Source: an uncultured Methanosarcinales archaeon (lineage in GTDB: Archaea > Nanobdellota > Nanobdellia > Woesearchaeales > GW2011-AR9). From it: DNA of 52,217 bases. Below are positions 44,796 through 52,217 of this stretch, in pieces (the first letter of the stretch is position 1; every line of letters begins with the position of its first letter). A model generated the notes under the pieces. That model had not been told where the DNA came from, ran no database searches, and saw only the letters and a list, made by a program, of their open reading frames with translations. The stretch lies in contig CAYIZT010000002.1 of the NCBI GenBank assembly GCA_964368095.1, forward strand, positions 1 through 52,217, written 5' to 3'. The translations under genes and the position numbers were made by a program.

Positions 44796-46076
44796 TTATC
44801 TCTTCTTTACCAGCAAGTATGTCGCTGACAAGGCTACCGCAAAGAAGGTAAGTGCTACTAAAACTCCCAGCAATAAGACATAAGTGTCATTTTGCCTGAA
44901 TGTTTTGTTAGCTTGGCTTTCCTGCAGGGCTTTGTAAGCATCGATTTTCTGCTGCAATTCAGCTGCTAATTCTTTATCAGCGTAATACTCGTTAGATGTG
45001 TTTTCTTGGTTTTGGGAAGCTTCATTTGCACATACAACCTGCAGTTCTACTTCTTTTGAATCCATCAAATCATCATCTTCGCTGTAGACAGCCACATCCA
45101 AGGTGTATGTCCCCTGCTTTGCGTCTTCAAGATTAAGAGCGAAAGTCGCTTTGTAATCGTTGTCGGAGCCGGAATAATCATCTAAGTCGATGTTATTTCT
45201 TTGCAGGTTCATGTCAAGTTCGGTATTTTTGACGGTAATCTTAGCGCCTTCCTGCTCATTTTCACCGATGTTCTTGATGTTAACATTAAGTGAGGTCTGA
45301 GTGGCAGCAGTACAGAATACCTGGCTGTCTTCCAATTCTGCATCAAGTATGACAATATCGTCCTTCTCCCGATCAACTTCTACAGTTAGAGTTTCAGTAT
45401 CGGAAAAGTCGTTTCCATCGGCGTCTTCGCCTTCAACTTCGACTTCGATAGTATAATCTTCTTCTTCAAGATCTTCGTTAGAGAGGTCGAATTCTAATGT
45501 TACGTCGTCTTCTTTCCCGCTGGAAATGTCAAATTCATCAGATTCTTCTTCAAGGTCGTCGCCGTCAACGTCAAGTATTCTTGCCGTAACTACGATGTCC
45601 TTAATCTTCTCGTCGTGATCATTGCTGACTTCAACTTTAATTTCGTTCAAGTTTGAAACAGACAACTTGCCGCTGGATTTTCCGTTTACTTTCACGCTAG
45701 TGATGGAAAGTACGCTTTCTGGAGTTACTTCTTCAACAGTTACAGTCCAGATGTTATTGTCAACATATAAATTATTTTCAGTAACGATTACACTGACTTG
45801 GTATTGGCCTACTGCGTAGGCGTTGCCATCAAAAGTAAATGTGGAAGTGTTTCCGCCGACAACAGTATTTCCTACTTTCCATTGATAACCTAAAGTGCTG
45901 TTTTCAGTTTGATTTGTTACAGTAACACTAAACAATTGCGACTGATTATCTAGTACAGTCACGGGGCTACTTGCTGGGCTGTATGTTGCGCTTGGCGCAG
46001 CCAATGCTCCAGCTATGGTAATCAGTAATGCTATCAAAGCAATTACTCCGATAATCATTTTTTTGTTTGCTTTCAT
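44796..46076 (-). CDS. acidic cell-surface protein (signal peptide, beta-sandwich repeats, C-terminal TM anchor)
   Basis: N-terminal MKANKKMIIGVIALIALL signal and a C-terminal LLLGVLVALTFFAVALSATYLLVKKR anchor. D/E-rich. CARDB-like NIKNIGENEQEGAKITVKNTELDMN block. Confidence 0.65.
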   Translation of the reverse strand: MKANKKMIIGVIALIALLITIAGALAAPSATYSPASSPVTVLDNQSQLFSVTVTNQTENSTLGYQWKVGNTVVGGNTSTFTFDGNAYAVGQYQVSVIVTENNLYVDNNIWTVTVEEVTPESVLSITSVKVNGKSSGKLSVSNLNEIKVEVSNDHDEKIKDIVVTARILDVDGDDLEEESDEFDISSGKEDDVTLEFDLSNEDLEEEDYTIEVEVEGEDADGNDFSDTETLTVEVDREKDDIVILDAELEDSQVFCTAATQTSLNVNIKNIGENEQEGAKITVKNTELDMNLQRNNIDLDDYSGSDNDYKATFALNLEDAKQGTYTLDVAVYSEDDDLMDSKEVELQVVCANEASQNQENTSNEYYADKELAAELQQKIDAYKALQESQANKTFRQNDTYVLLLGVLVALTFFAVALSATYLLVKKR

Positions 46077-46121
46077 TTTTTTACCTCGCGTTTGAGTATT
46101 ATCTTATACTTTCAAAATAAT

Positions 46122-47528
46122 TTATGCTCTGAATAGGACTATTAACATCAGCACGATCATGGATGCAGATACAGCGATGGCGATTAGCATCAGTGCGATT
46201 AAATAGTCGTTGGAAGTGTAAGGTGCTTTCTCCACGCTCTTGATTACCTTTCCGATCAAGCTTTCTTTATCTGCAGTTTGTCCGTCAACCTGTTCCTTGT
46301 CTGGAGCAGTGACTGAAGGTTCTGGCTGTTCTTCTGCTTCTTTTACAGGTTCCGCTGCCGTGCATGGTTTAAGATCTAATTGCACTACTTTAGCATCGGT
46401 AAGCGTATCTTCATCAATATATGTCTTGAGATCCAGGAAATACACTTTTACTTTCACTTTTTCTAAAGGGATAATAAAGGTATTCTGCCAGCTGTCATCA
46501 TCTTCAGTATACGCGTCGATGGCGATATTTTCCAATTTTTTGTCAAGTCCTAATTCAGTATTCGACAATTTTACATTTACTTCGCTTTGGTCATCTGAAC
46601 CAAAGTTATGCACTTCTACCAGCAGAGATGCTTCTTTGTCGCAGATAGTGGCTGTTTCAGGAGATAATTGCGCTTTGACAATCCTGATATCATTATCATC
46701 CAGCTGTATCTCTACCGTCAATTCTTTTGTTATTTCATATTGTATGCCTTCGCTATCTTCTGCGACAAGGTTAAATTCTAAAGTGAAAGTATCAGGTTCC
46801 ACCTCTTCGCGGATAGGAAGGGTTAAAATGAATTTTCTTTCTTTTCCAGCTTCGATATCTTCTATGGCGTAAGTATCTTTAAATCCATCAACGAAAAAAT
46901 CGTCACTGGTATCGATAGTGAGTTCTATCTCTTCTAACTTGCCTTTGTCTTGGTAATCCTTATCAAAGAGATTCTGCAGGTCAAAGGTGAAAGTCATTTC
47001 CGTGTAAGGTTTTACTTCATTTTCTAATTTGTAATCATTATCATTGGAGGCGAATTCGTCTTTCTGTGTCTTGCCATCAGAATCTACATATTTTACTTCC
47101 AGTTCAGTAAGATCAAGCATGGAAAAGGTCTCTTGAATTAAGTCTGCGCTGTCTATGATTTGGTTATTAGATTCAATTACGATAGTTCCTATCTTTTCTT
47201 GTCCCGGCGATTGGTCATGGGGAACTTCTATAGTAAGAGTCACTTGAGTACTTTTATTAGCCGCTACTGTGACCGTGCCTTGACTGGTGTATCTTGAAGG
47301 CAACCCGGTCGCTTTTACTATTAATTCTTCTGCGTTTCCGATGTTGTCAACAGTAAATGATTCAGTCGTAACGACAATAAAATCATCATCTTCATCCACA
47401 AACTTGCTGTAATCTGCAGTTAATTTTACGGAATTATCCGTAATGCTTGCTGCAGAAGCAAATAGAGGTAAGAATATCAATAATACCAATAGTACTGCAA
47501 GAGTAGTACCCAATTTAGCTTTATTCAT
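46122..47528 (-). CDS. acidic cell-surface protein, paralog of 44796..46076
   Basis: Same architecture. VEVHNFGSDDQSEVNVKLSNTELGLDKKLENIAIDAYTEDDDSWQNTF aligns with the neighbour's NIKNIGENEQEGAKITVKNTELDMNLQRNNIDLDDYSGSDNDYKATF. Confidence 0.65.
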   Translation of the reverse strand: MNKAKLGTTLAVLLVLLIFLPLFASAASITDNSVKLTADYSKFVDEDDDFIVVTTESFTVDNIGNAEELIVKATGLPSRYTSQGTVTVAANKSTQVTLTIEVPHDQSPGQEKIGTIVIESNNQIIDSADLIQETFSMLDLTELEVKYVDSDGKTQKDEFASNDNDYKLENEVKPYTEMTFTFDLQNLFDKDYQDKGKLEEIELTIDTSDDFFVDGFKDTYAIEDIEAGKERKFILTLPIREEVEPDTFTLEFNLVAEDSEGIQYEITKELTVEIQLDDNDIRIVKAQLSPETATICDKEASLLVEVHNFGSDDQSEVNVKLSNTELGLDKKLENIAIDAYTEDDDSWQNTFIIPLEKVKVKVYFLDLKTYIDEDTLTDAKVVQLDLKPCTAAEPVKEAEEQPEPSVTAPDKEQVDGQTADKESLIGKVIKSVEKAPYTSNDYLIALMLIAIAVSASMIVLMLIVLFRA

Positions 47529-47644
47529 GTTTAAACAAATACTATTTTTAAGTAGTAGTATTTAAAGATTACGGAATTATGTGATTAGAATTCCGAATCC
47601 TCGCCTTCGGCTGCGGTTATGGAAATCTCAAGAAGATTTGGGAA

Positions 47645-48301
47645 CTATTTAACAAGATACAATTCGCGGATCTTTGGGATTACGTTAACTCTTTTGATAA
47701 TCTCTCTTGACTGCGGGCAGTCTCCTAACGCATGCAAACTACTTGTTGCTGCAGCAATAATCATATCAACCTGTCTGTAAGGTGTTTTTTTTGGCCTGTG
47801 ACCAGATTCATCCAGTCCGCAATCTCTATTGTCTTTCCATGATCCGTTTTTATAACTGTTAGCAAAATCTTCAAGTTCTTTAGGTATAGCCATCATATCC
47901 ATTTTTGTTCTACTGAGCTTATAGTCTCTTTCTATGTCTTTGGCAATTTCTCTATCCGGTAGTCTCGCATCCCAGCAATCATGGTTAGAAAGACTATTTA
48001 CCAACGTAATGTCTTTGGATAGATTGACGCCGACCGAATATTCCAAAACAAATCTTTCGAATTCGGATCTTGCATAATTAATGATACTAAAATCTCTCTT
48101 CCTCTCATTATAATCCCAATAAGTTTTTTTACCTTGCTCATCTTCAATCATTTTTCTGAGAAGAGGCCCCATGGATTCTCTGTAAATAACATTAGCATGT
48201 TCTGCATCAGGCAGAAATAAACTATCCATTGCTCTTTCTAGAGCGACATAAGCATAATTCGCTTGAAATTCCAATGTTTCCAGCAAAAGTTTATCTTCCA
48301 T
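47645..48301 (-). CDS. hypothetical protein
   Basis: 218 aa. No motif recognised. Lies 7 nt downstream of the nucleotidyltransferase gene on the same strand. Confidence 0.5.
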   Translation of the reverse strand: MEDKLLLETLEFQANYAYVALERAMDSLFLPDAEHANVIYRESMGPLLRKMIEDEQGKKTYWDYNERKRDFSIINYARSEFERFVLEYSVGVNLSKDITLVNSLSNHDCWDARLPDREIAKDIERDYKLSRTKMDMMAIPKELEDFANSYKNGSWKDNRDCGLDESGHRPKKTPYRQVDMIIAAATSSLHALGDCPQSREIIKRVNVIPKIRELYLVK

Positions 48302-48308
48302 GGGCGGT

Positions 48309-49088
48309 TTATTTTAGCTTTTGTTTAAAAGAGTTTGCATTGAACACGTCATCAATTGTACCGATGTCCATTCTGTGAGATGCCTGAACGACCTTAAAAC
48401 CATTACTTACTAATTCCAAAGGATTTTTGCATTTAAGTAATTCTACTGAAAGATTTTGCATCTCACGAAGCTTATACGGACTAAACAGATATACGGAAGC
48501 ATTCACTAATCCAGAAATTACATTTTGAGGTTTTTCTATAAAACTAGTGAGCTGATTATGTTCATCTACAGTCATAACTCCGTGCTTTGAGGCATCTCTT
48601 TCCTTGTAATAAGCAACTACTGAAGAAAATCCTTCTCTTTCATACGCTTCTACCATGGGAGAAAGATCAAGTAATTGATTTCTTGTATTGTATACTAAAG
48701 TGTCTGAGGCGAACAAAAATAGAGGTTGATTACGATTGATTTTAGCTATTGCTGATAACAAGTCTTGTGTCTGTTCTTTGCGGTCTTCATTTCTAGTAAC
48801 TCCGTTATTGAAGACATTATTCCCTGGTATTCCTACTTCCATAGCCCATTCTAAATATTGATGGTAATATTTTTGATTGGTCTGGACATAAATATTGTTT
48901 AATTGCACTCCAGCTTTACGCAGTTGTTCAAGTTGATGTGTTACTATAGGTTTTTCTGCTATTTGGACTAATCCCTTTGGTTTATCCTTTACCAATTTAG
49001 TAAGCTGTTCCTGATGAGGACCTTGATAACCATTAAGACTCTGTTCTAATCTTGTTCCAAAACCTGCTGCTAAAATTAATGCGTTCAT
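48309..49088 (-). CDS. sugar-phosphate nucleotidyltransferase
   Basis: MNALILAAGFGTRLEQ N-terminal signature, GT-A-like NTP-transferase fold length. Confidence 0.7.
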   Translation of the reverse strand: MNALILAAGFGTRLEQSLNGYQGPHQEQLTKLVKDKPKGLVQIAEKPIVTHQLEQLRKAGVQLNNIYVQTNQKYYHQYLEWAMEVGIPGNNVFNNGVTRNEDRKEQTQDLLSAIAKINRNQPLFLFASDTLVYNTRNQLLDLSPMVEAYEREGFSSVVAYYKERDASKHGVMTVDEHNQLTSFIEKPQNVISGLVNASVYLFSPYKLREMQNLSVELLKCKNPLELVSNGFKVVQASHRMDIGTIDDVFNANSFKQKLK

Positions 49089-49180
49089 TTTTGATTTCTT
49101 TTCATGTTATAATATTTAAATTTAACATAATATTTATAAAGATACTGCAAAATTGCAGTAAGTAAAATCAATTCTGGGGT

Positions 49181-50452
49181 ATGGTGTTGGGGAAAATTAT
49201 GAACAAAACTAAGAACTGGATGATTTTTATTTTTATGGTACTGCCGATCATTTACTTGATATTGGGATATTACTTCCAAACTTCTTTCTTTACTCTTCTG
49301 AGTGTTTATGGTATTTTAGTATTGCTCCATCTATTTTTTCAGATGTTTTTTGCAGCGATAAACAATAAAAAACAACAATATAAAACATCGAAAGATTATT
49401 TTCCTACTATTTCGGTGGTGGTTCCGACTTATAATGAAGGATACCACGATCTTAAAGAATGTCTCTTTAGCATAGGAAAGCAAAATTATCCGAAATTTGA
49501 TGTTTATCTAGTTGATGACGGCACTGAAACTAATCACAGCGAGTTAGTCTACAAAGAATTTAAAAGAACATTCCCTAAGATTCCTATCTTTTATCATCAC
49601 TCTGCAAAAAATCAAGGAAAACGCTTTGCTCAAAAATGGGCGTTTGATAAACTAACTTCTGAATTAGTGGTTACTATTGATAGCGATACAGAACTATTGC
49701 CGACTACTATCTATGAACTTACCAGGCCTTTCTATGATCAGAAAGTTGGAGCTGCCACTGGAAATGTTCGTGGAAAAAACAAGTATAAAAGAATCTTAAC
49801 TCAATTGATAGACCTCCGATATTGGATGGCTTTCAATCAGGAAAGAGCTTCTCAGAGTTTATTTGGAGTTACCATGTGTGTTTGCGGGGTTCTCGGCGCA
49901 TATAGAACCTCTATCTTGAAAAATATTAAAGAAAAATATGTGGCGCAAACTTTTTTAGGCCACATTTGCAATTTTGGTGATGATAGGCATTTAAGCAATT
50001 TGGTATTAAATGAAGGATACAATATCTATTACACACCTAAGGCCAAAGCGTATACAGATGTCCCGGAAACTTTATGGAAATGGTTAAAACAGCAGTTGCG
50101 ATGGAACAAATCATTTTATCGTGAAATATTGTGGAATGTTCCTTCAATAAAGAAACATTCATTGTATCTAGGGATGGAATTGTTTTATCAGGCATTTATC
50201 CCTTTTTTCCTTTTACTAAACCTCATATTGTATACTGTGAAAGGAATAAATGTAGATCTGCGATTCATCCTACTTTATTTCACAATCATGATAAATATCG
50301 CTCTCCTCAGGACGATATACCCATTATATAAGACTAAAGATATAGGATTTGTGATGTTTCCAATCTACGCTTTGCTTCACATTTTCTTACTACTGCCGAT
50401 AAGATTGATAGCACTTGCGACTTTAGGATTCAATGGATGGGGGACAAGATAA
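49181..50452 (+). CDS. HasA/NodC-like processive GT2 synthase (hyaluronan/chitin-oligosaccharide synthase family)
   Basis: VVVPTYNEG, LVDDGT, IDSDT, GDDRHLS and QQLRWNKSFYRE, with flanking TM segments. The alternative start is ATG 49199. Confidence 0.75.
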   Translation: MVLGKIMNKTKNWMIFIFMVLPIIYLILGYYFQTSFFTLLSVYGILVLLHLFFQMFFAAINNKKQQYKTSKDYFPTISVVVPTYNEGYHDLKECLFSIGKQNYPKFDVYLVDDGTETNHSELVYKEFKRTFPKIPIFYHHSAKNQGKRFAQKWAFDKLTSELVVTIDSDTELLPTTIYELTRPFYDQKVGAATGNVRGKNKYKRILTQLIDLRYWMAFNQERASQSLFGVTMCVCGVLGAYRTSILKNIKEKYVAQTFLGHICNFGDDRHLSNLVLNEGYNIYYTPKAKAYTDVPETLWKWLKQQLRWNKSFYREILWNVPSIKKHSLYLGMELFYQAFIPFFLLLNLILYTVKGINVDLRFILLYFTIMINIALLRTIYPLYKTKDIGFVMFPIYALLHIFLLLPIRLIALATLGFNGWGTR

Positions 50453-50487
50453 AAAATATAAAAATTAATAATATAAAAGTTATAATC

Positions 50488-51045
50488 TTACCTTTTATTC
50501 CCCATGTAAAAGAACTTCTCGATGGAGATCTCTTCTGCTTTAAAGTTTCCAGTGCGAGGATGGTTAGTAGCTGAAGGAGGAGCTGATTGTCCCCGTTGGA
50601 TGTCCGGGTTGTTAGCAGGAATCTCTCCTAATCTGGGAGGTGCGGAAGAAACAGAATTTTGCTGCTGCGGGGCACTCATCCTTAGCTGCTTCATCATATC
50701 CAATTCTTTGCGCATGGCCTGCATCTGTTCCTGAAATTCTGTGATCTTCTTTACCAGAAATTGTGAATTCTGCTGAAGAATGTCTTTTATTTTTTCGGGA
50801 GGTAGATCTCCTGCTCCAGCGGCCTGAGGAGTCTGCGGTGACATAGCAAGTGAAGCGGAAGATTCCCTTTGCGGCTCAGTAGCTTGCATGCGGTCTCTGA
50901 TAGAACTATACTCTCCATCTTTGACGCGAAAAATCTTTTCGGCTTGCACTACTGCATCATCGCGGTCTGAAGCCAAGCCTTGGCGCATCAAGTCTAGCGC
51001 AAGTTTGTTTATTTTTTGAATCCGTTCAACATCCATATAAATCAC
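50488..51045 (-). CDS. hypothetical protein with Q/P/S-rich linkers and a coiled-coil segment
   Basis: 185 aa. Helical N-terminus (IQKINKLALDLMRQG), a low-complexity middle and a coiled coil (ITEFQEQMQAMRKELDMMKQ). Confidence 0.5.
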   Translation of the reverse strand: MIYMDVERIQKINKLALDLMRQGLASDRDDAVVQAEKIFRVKDGEYSSIRDRMQATEPQRESSASLAMSPQTPQAAGAGDLPPEKIKDILQQNSQFLVKKITEFQEQMQAMRKELDMMKQLRMSAPQQQNSVSSAPPRLGEIPANNPDIQRGQSAPPSATNHPRTGNFKAEEISIEKFFYMGNKR

Positions 51046-51146
51046 CCTCTCTTTTAAATTAATTTTTAACAGCGGAAAGAAAAGAAAGTGCTTAATAACG
51101 TTTTCTATTCTTTAAAGGATATTCCCTGACTTTTTAAGAAAGAATT

Positions 51147-51290
51147 CTATCCGCAAACCAGCGGAATCTGGAAGGGCAGGACTTTCGCCGTCCCTAAAAA
51201 GACCAAGAGCAAAGCCAAGACTATTCCACCAAGCAAACCATACAAGAAAAACTTGAATTCAATAATCCCTAACTGGCCTCTTTTGTCCAT
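51147..51290 (-). CDS. small membrane protein with possible class III (pilin-like) signal peptide
   Basis: 47 aa from the internal ATG 51290: MDKRGQLGIIEF..LLGGIVLALLLVFLG. TATATAAA (51313-20) is centred about 26 nt upstream. The longer track ORF runs into ncRNA copy C. Confidence 0.4.
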   Translation of the reverse strand: MDKRGQLGIIEFKFFLYGLLGGIVLALLLVFLGTAKVLPFQIPLVCG

Positions 51291-51339
51291 ACTAAGAAAG
51301 AAATATTTTTTGTATATAAATGTTTCTTTTTTTGGGCTT

Positions 51340-51478
51340 GTCCAGAATGGAGGAAAAAGCCACCCTGGCCGGCGCCATCGTCTTTTTCTCGTTGCATCTC
51401 GATGGAAAAAGTAACTTAACTTTGTCTTACGAATGGCGTAGCTCGGCACCATCTTGGCCAGCGGGTGGCTTTCTGGAC
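51340..51478 (+). ncRNA. candidate structured ncRNA, unclassified family, copy C
   Basis: Closing helices GUCCAG/CUGGAC and AAAGCCACCC/GGGUGGCUUU separated by a 10-nt 5' bulge. UGGCC/GGCCA, hairpin CUUUUUC/GAAAAAG (51382-88/51405-11), and the shared blocks GAUGGAAAAAGUAACUUAA, UAGCUCGG and AUCUUGGCCA. A T7 run lies at 51485-91. Confidence 0.55.
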
Positions 51479-51588
51479 AGAACCTTTTTTTGGATTTTTT
51501 AGGATAGTTTGCGGCGGCTTTTTACAGCCATTTTCTACGTCTTACGTTCAGCATAACCTTTATATACCATCAGACTATACTTTATGCG

Positions 51589-52217
51589 ATGTATCAAAAG
51601 AGGTGTAGAGTAGATAGAAGTAGCTTTATTTCTAATCCTATCCCCGGTTCTAAAGGCCAAGTTACAATCTTCATCATCGTGGGAATCCTACTGGTTCTTG
51701 CGGTAACCTTGGTCATCTTTGTACGCAGGGAGATCATCACCTTCAAACCGGAAGAGATCATTCCCACCGAAAAAGGAAAAGTGGAAAATTATATCACTTC
51801 TTGCATGGATCAGGTTGGTAACGATGCGCTAAACAGGGTAGGCCTGCAAGGGGGTTATATAGAATTGCCGTTGGAAGTGACGGATGATAACAACCGGCGT
51901 TTAGATATTTCTCCTAGTTTGGCAGTCCCATACTGGGCTTATGGTTTGCAGACATTCATACCTTCATTATCGCAGATCAAGGAGCAGATAGACACCTATC
52001 TGGAAGAAAATGTTCGCGATTGTTTATTTTCCTTGCAAGCTTTTCAGGAGACCTATGATATCATCGAAAAAAGCGAACTGGCCGCGGATACCGAAATTGT
52101 ACAGAACAAAGTTATTTTTAACCTGCATTGGGATGTAGAGATCCGCAGCAAAAGCGGGGAAATCATCACTGAAGTCATCGATCATGTAGCTGAATCTCCG
52201 GTCAAATTACAGGATGT
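51589..52217 (+). CDS. hypothetical protein, 3'-partial, N-terminal class III (type IV pilin-like) signal peptide
   Basis: Open frame from ATG 51589 to the window end (not in the track because it has no stop). SKGQVTIFIIVGILLVLAV fits [KR]G-Q followed by a hydrophobic helix. Confidence 0.5.
   Translation, partial: MYQKRCRVDRSSFISNPIPGSKGQVTIFIIVGILLVLAVTLVIFVRREIITFKPEEIIPTEKGKVENYITSCMDQVGNDALNRVGLQGGYIELPLEVTDDNNRRLDISPSLAVPYWAYGLQTFIPSLSQIKEQIDTYLEENVRDCLFSLQAFQETYDIIEKSELAADTEIVQNKVIFNLHWDVEIRSKSGEIITEVIDHVAESPVKLQD

Noticed and set aside
46240-46872. 210-aa + strand ORF
   Set aside because: It is antisense to the surface-protein gene. The serine-rich translation mirrors the D/E-rich codons of the real frame.
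47570-47640. Intergenic hairpins CGGAAUU/AAUUCCG and AAAUCU/AGAUUU with a small GC patch (CCTCGCCTTCGGCTGCGG)
   Set aside because: They are short and isolated, with no repeat elsewhere in the window. They sit between a gene stop and the next gene start on the minus strand, so they are most simply terminator or promoter-region structure. Low priority.
49085-49279. 64-aa minus-strand ORF
   Set aside because: It lies in the divergent promoter region and overlaps the start of the HasA-like gene. It is an AT-rich, low-complexity translation.
51291-51502. N-terminal extension of ORF 51147..51452 and + ORF 51320..51502
   Set aside because: Both are translations of RNA copy C. The R/W/P-rich peptides come from the GC-rich helices. 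The internal ATG at 51290 with a correctly spaced TATA box is preferred.
1-52217. Search by eye for rRNA, tRNA (GGTTCGAATCC-type T-loops), CRISPR repeats, transposase or integrase genes
   Set aside because: None was seen. Visual scanning cannot exclude a divergent or intron-containing tRNA, so tRNAscan-SE or Infernal should be run.

Overview
AT-rich, tightly packed archaeal-type window. The evidence is an AglB/STT3 oligosaccharyltransferase, archaeal uS2, RadB, aMBF1, TrmI, Taw3 and AMP phosphorylase, plus TATA boxes about 25-30 nt upstream of many ATGs, which suggests mostly leaderless mRNAs. The small-genome, DPANN-like look is inference only.

Layout:
- 0.4-17.4 kb: a surface-glycan / N-glycosylation island. 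It holds a DegT aminotransferase, an Fe-ADH, a NeuB-like/cytidylyltransferase fusion, three GT4 genes, a DPM1-like GT2, an RfbF/SDR pair, two dTMP-kinase-like P-loop paralogs and aglB.
- 17.5-20.5 kb: a two-subunit ATP-citrate lyase.
- 20.6-28 kb: mixed housekeeping genes (CYTH-like, MBF1, SET, PAP2, NadE, ProDH, CoaE, GH3).
- 28.3-32.4 kb: an operon of two degenerate STT3-like GT-C proteins plus a processive GT2 synthase.
- 32.5-44.7 kb: RadB, uS2, YvcK/CofD-like, HAD, sugar nucleotidyltransferase, AMP phosphorylase, dUTPase, a RelE-like toxin-antitoxin pair, TrmI and Taw3.
- 44.8-47.5 kb: two paralogous acidic surface proteins.
- 48.3-50.5 kb: a HasA/NodC-like synthase next to a nucleotidyltransferase.
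- 51.1-52.2 kb: pilin-like signal-peptide proteins.

The most unusual non-coding signal is a three-copy, GC-rich structured element (36.1, 38.6 and 51.4 kb, + strand). Its closing helix covaries between copies and its subterminal blocks are conserved. A separate long-helix structured RNA candidate lies at 28.1-28.3 kb.

I did not see any rRNA, tRNA, CRISPR array or transposase by eye. All protein calls come from motif recognition in the supplied translations; no database search was run.
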